From contig NW_003526941.1 of NCBI RefSeq assembly GCF_000181795.1, positions 5,186,153 to 5,206,152 of the forward strand: a DNA stretch of 20,000 nucleotides. The letters run 5' to 3'. This DNA is from Trichinella spiralis. Lineage: Eukaryota. Positions 17,079-20,000 of this stretch are shown here, one piece after another. The position numbers and the translations under genes are program-made. Under the pieces are notes generated by a model that was not told where the DNA came from, did no database searches, and worked only from the letters and a program-made list of their open reading frames with translations. Every line of letters starts with the position of its first letter. Position 1 is the first letter of the stretch.

Positions 17079-18937
17079 ATGGACGAAGAAGTGAGACGAG
17101 AAAAAGTTTATTCCGCTTTATCTTTTGTGTTGTTTTTTGCATTCATACTGTTTCCGTTGTGGTGGAAGACTACGGAAGTGTATCGAGCTGATTTGCCGTA
17201 TGATGAAATTCATAATTTGTCGAAAATTACTTTTCAACTTTCAATTTTTGTTGATCTCGTCTGGATAGATTTGTCTGCCAAAAGTTCCGTAGAAAGAATA
17301 CAAGCTAGGCTAGAAGAAGAATACAATTCGACACAAATTTCAGACAAAATGTTACTAACATACAAGTGAGTATTTTCAATTTTTACCATTGCTTTCTTTT
17401 TAAGTATATCATTTGGGGTACTGTTACAGTATGATTATATTTATGATAATTTGCAACTGTTCACAGATATAATGCCCGTAAAATTGATGACGACGAGTTG
17501 GGAAAATTTTTCGGAGATGGAAATTCAAGCAATTTGTTCAATGTCGAATCTGCCAGCGCGGATCTGCTGGGCAGTGTTCGAGTAATTTTCGTGTCGGATC
17601 AAATTGCACAACTGTTCGGTGAAGAGGTGGATCTTTTCCTCGGCTGCCATCAACAGGCGAGTTTGTTTGTTCGCGTTCAATTGGACGAGGAGGAAATTTT
17701 GAGAAAATTGACCCAAACGTTGAAAGGTGTGATTTTCAATGAACAACGGTTGGAGTGGATTGTCGCGAAAGCGTTTCACCGCAGTGTCGAACACGACGAG
17801 AGCGTGGGAAAGTTGCCAACAACGCTGACTGTGGTGAATCCGCTTAGAAATGAATACGCGTTGGAATTGTTCATCGTCGAGCCAACGCCGTCGGGACCTG
17901 TGCACGGGGACACGAATGCAGAGCTCGAGATGCCGTTGTTGGACAAATTTTTGAGCAGACTCTCGCTGGTGATTTCTCAACAGTTATTGTTTGTTTGTTT
18001 GTTAGTTTATTTGTTGATTTGATTTGATTTCAAGGTGACAAAAGTGAGTATGAATTCGCAAGTATTGTACGGTATTGATTTCCCAGTTTTGCCCGAACGA
18101 GATCCACGTGGCGATTATTTCTATTACGATTCGAAACGTCTTCCCTATTTGATCAATCCGATGGAATCGTTCATGGGCTCTTACGTGACAACGTTGCCAG
18201 TTGTCCACTTGTTGGTCTATTTGACGCCCGACGTGCACCGGCCTTTGTACATTTTGGACCCGACCGGGGTGGGGTCGTTGTACAACAGTTTCGTTGTAGC
18301 CGGCTGGGGTGGCGTGACCGTGGTCAATACTGCCGTCGAAGTGGAGGACACTTCCAAGCTGTCGCTGTCCGACAAGTTGAACAGCACCGACAGCCAGCTA
18401 GCGCTGATCGCTCTGCTGCGCCAGTATTTCGGAATCGACGACAGCACAACAACAGCCAATCCCGGGCAGGATTGGTTGCGCTTGAAACGCCGCCAGGCGG
18501 CGCTGTGTCCGTGGCAATTGCAGACGTTGGCGTTGCACACGTGGGTCGACAGTACGCTGGACGCGTTGGTGACGGTCGGTTCGTTGCTGCGGCTGTTGGA
18601 GCGCATTTCGAATATCGTCATCGACGACCACGTCGCCGACAGTATCGCCGAAGGTGTGGCCCAACTGTCGGCCAGCGTCGAAGCTTCTGGTGGCGGTGAG
18701 CGTGGTGGTGGTCTGGCCGAGGCGGTGGCGAGTTCGTGTCGAGCCGCCGGCGCGTTCGAGGCGGCCTTTTTCGACCACTCGTTGCTTTCGCTGTTGTACT
18801 TTCCCGACGATCAAAAGTACGCCATCTATACTCCGCTGTTTTTGCCTCTCAGCTTGCCCGTGTTCATATCCGTCAGGCAAATTCTATCTTATTACTGTCG
18901 TTCGTACGCCAGTGGTGGTAAGGTTGAGAAAGAATAA
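17079..18937 (+). CDS. PIGS: GPI transamidase component PIG-S
   Basis: Exons 17079-17365, 17467-17968, 18035-18937. N-terminal TM followed by PLWWKTTEVYRADLP, internal WGGV, and C-terminal AFFDHSLLSLLYFPDDQKYAIYTPLFLP are hallmark PIG-S motifs. An in-frame TGA lies directly before the ATG. Confidence 0.95.
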
Positions 18938-19171
18938 AAATTTGCATACTTTTTATTCGTGCCCTCAATTGGTTTTTGGTTTCTCTTCTCAGTTCATCAC
19001 AAGATAGATAACAGGGAAATGATAATAATAATAATGATCAATCGTCAATAATAACGAGAGAAAAAAGTAAAATAACAAGAAACAACAAGAAGAGAAGAAA
19101 AACCACTACCAACCGACCGACCGACTGCAACGCAACGCACACATACACACGTATAAATCATATTGTTGCCG

Positions 19172-19201
<30 letters not shown>
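19172..19201. repeat. (TTA)n microsatellite just downstream of TRMT10 stop
   Basis: ttattattattattattattattaattatt. Short AAC/AAG/CCGA/CA runs lie nearby at 19070-19150. Confidence 0.85.
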
Positions 19202-19202
<1 letters not shown>

Positions 19203-19211
19203 CTTCGGTTT

Positions 19212-20000
19212 TCAGTCGTCCGATGACGTGTTGTGACCATTGTTAGTTTCACCAGACGTTCGGATGGCAGTGTTGTTTGGTAGCAGTTCTTGTTGTTGTG
19301 TTTGCAATAATTTTCTCTTGGGCACCACAGTCTCGATCGCCACTTGCCAACTTTTCGTTTCCGTGTAGCGCAGCAGAATTTCGAACACGTGATTGATGCT
19401 CAGCACACGTCTGGCGTTCATTTTGACGTGTTCGTCGATCGGCAAACGGGCGTGGGCCACTTGGCGTTGTTCGGCCAATTCCAAGCAACGTCCTTTGAGA
19501 TGGTTGTGATCGACCAGGCCGCCAATTATGTACACTTTGCTCTCGTCCAGCTCGTGTACAACGTTCGGCGACTCGCTGGTCAAATAGACCACATTCCACC
19601 GGCCGAACAATTGCTCATAATCGTCTCCACTCAACAGAACATCCCAGTTGTTGTTGCCGGGGATGTTGTCGAAATTCACCCTGCTAATACCTGGAGAAAA
19701 GGGAAAATATTTCTAATCTTGAACCAAAAAAAAAGTAATAATAACGTTCACTCCCTATATAATCTACTCACCTCTGAAGTTGACCACGTGGAATTGGAGT
19801 GGATTTCTGGCACGACGATTCACCGCATAACACTGAGCCAGTTGGTTCAACGCTTTGCACAAGTCGCGCTCGTTCATCAAGTCGTCGAACGACATGTCAA
19901 CGGCGACGCGCTGCCTACAGTTGGACAGTTCCATCGAGCTGAGTTTCAACAATCTGCGTTTCGACCTGCCGCCGGCCGACGACGGGTCCCCTCTAAGACG
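19212..20000 (-). CDS. TRMT10A: tRNA (guanine-N1)-methyltransferase TRM10 homolog (SPOUT), 5' end outside window
   Basis: Exons >20000-19772 and 19690-19212 (intron GTGAGT..CAG, phase 1). Motifs: VAVDMSFDDLM, YAVNRRA, VYLTSES, YIIGGLVDHNH, ARLPI, VLSINHVFEIL, PKRK. Confidence 0.92.

Noticed and set aside
17525..19599. Long antisense or alternative-frame ORFs over PIG-S and TRMT10
   Set aside because: Expected by-product of GC-rich coding sequence; no recognisable protein features.

Overview
AT-rich, gene-dense eukaryotic genomic DNA with many short (about 50-80 nt) spliceosomal introns. It is most consistent with a compact nematode genome, possibly Trichinella-like, which is an inference from gene architecture only. 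Manual splicing gives eight protein-coding genes: a USP4/11/15-family deubiquitinase (-), glyoxalase II/HAGH (+), makorin (+), MED4 (-), VPS33 (+), a small MANBAL/UPF0239-like membrane protein (+), PIG-S (+) and the 3' part of a TRMT10-type tRNA m1G9 methyltransferase (-). The most notable structure is the MANBAL-like stop codon lying only 4 nt before the PIG-S ATG, with a splice acceptor and an AATAAA inside the MANBAL-like coding tail, which suggests a dicistronic or overlapping-operon unit. Other findings are a hidden upstream exon that would give HAGH a mitochondrial presequence, a CTCF-like motif in the MED4/VPS33 divergent promoter, two GC-AG introns, and frame-compatible alternative exons in the long USP intron.
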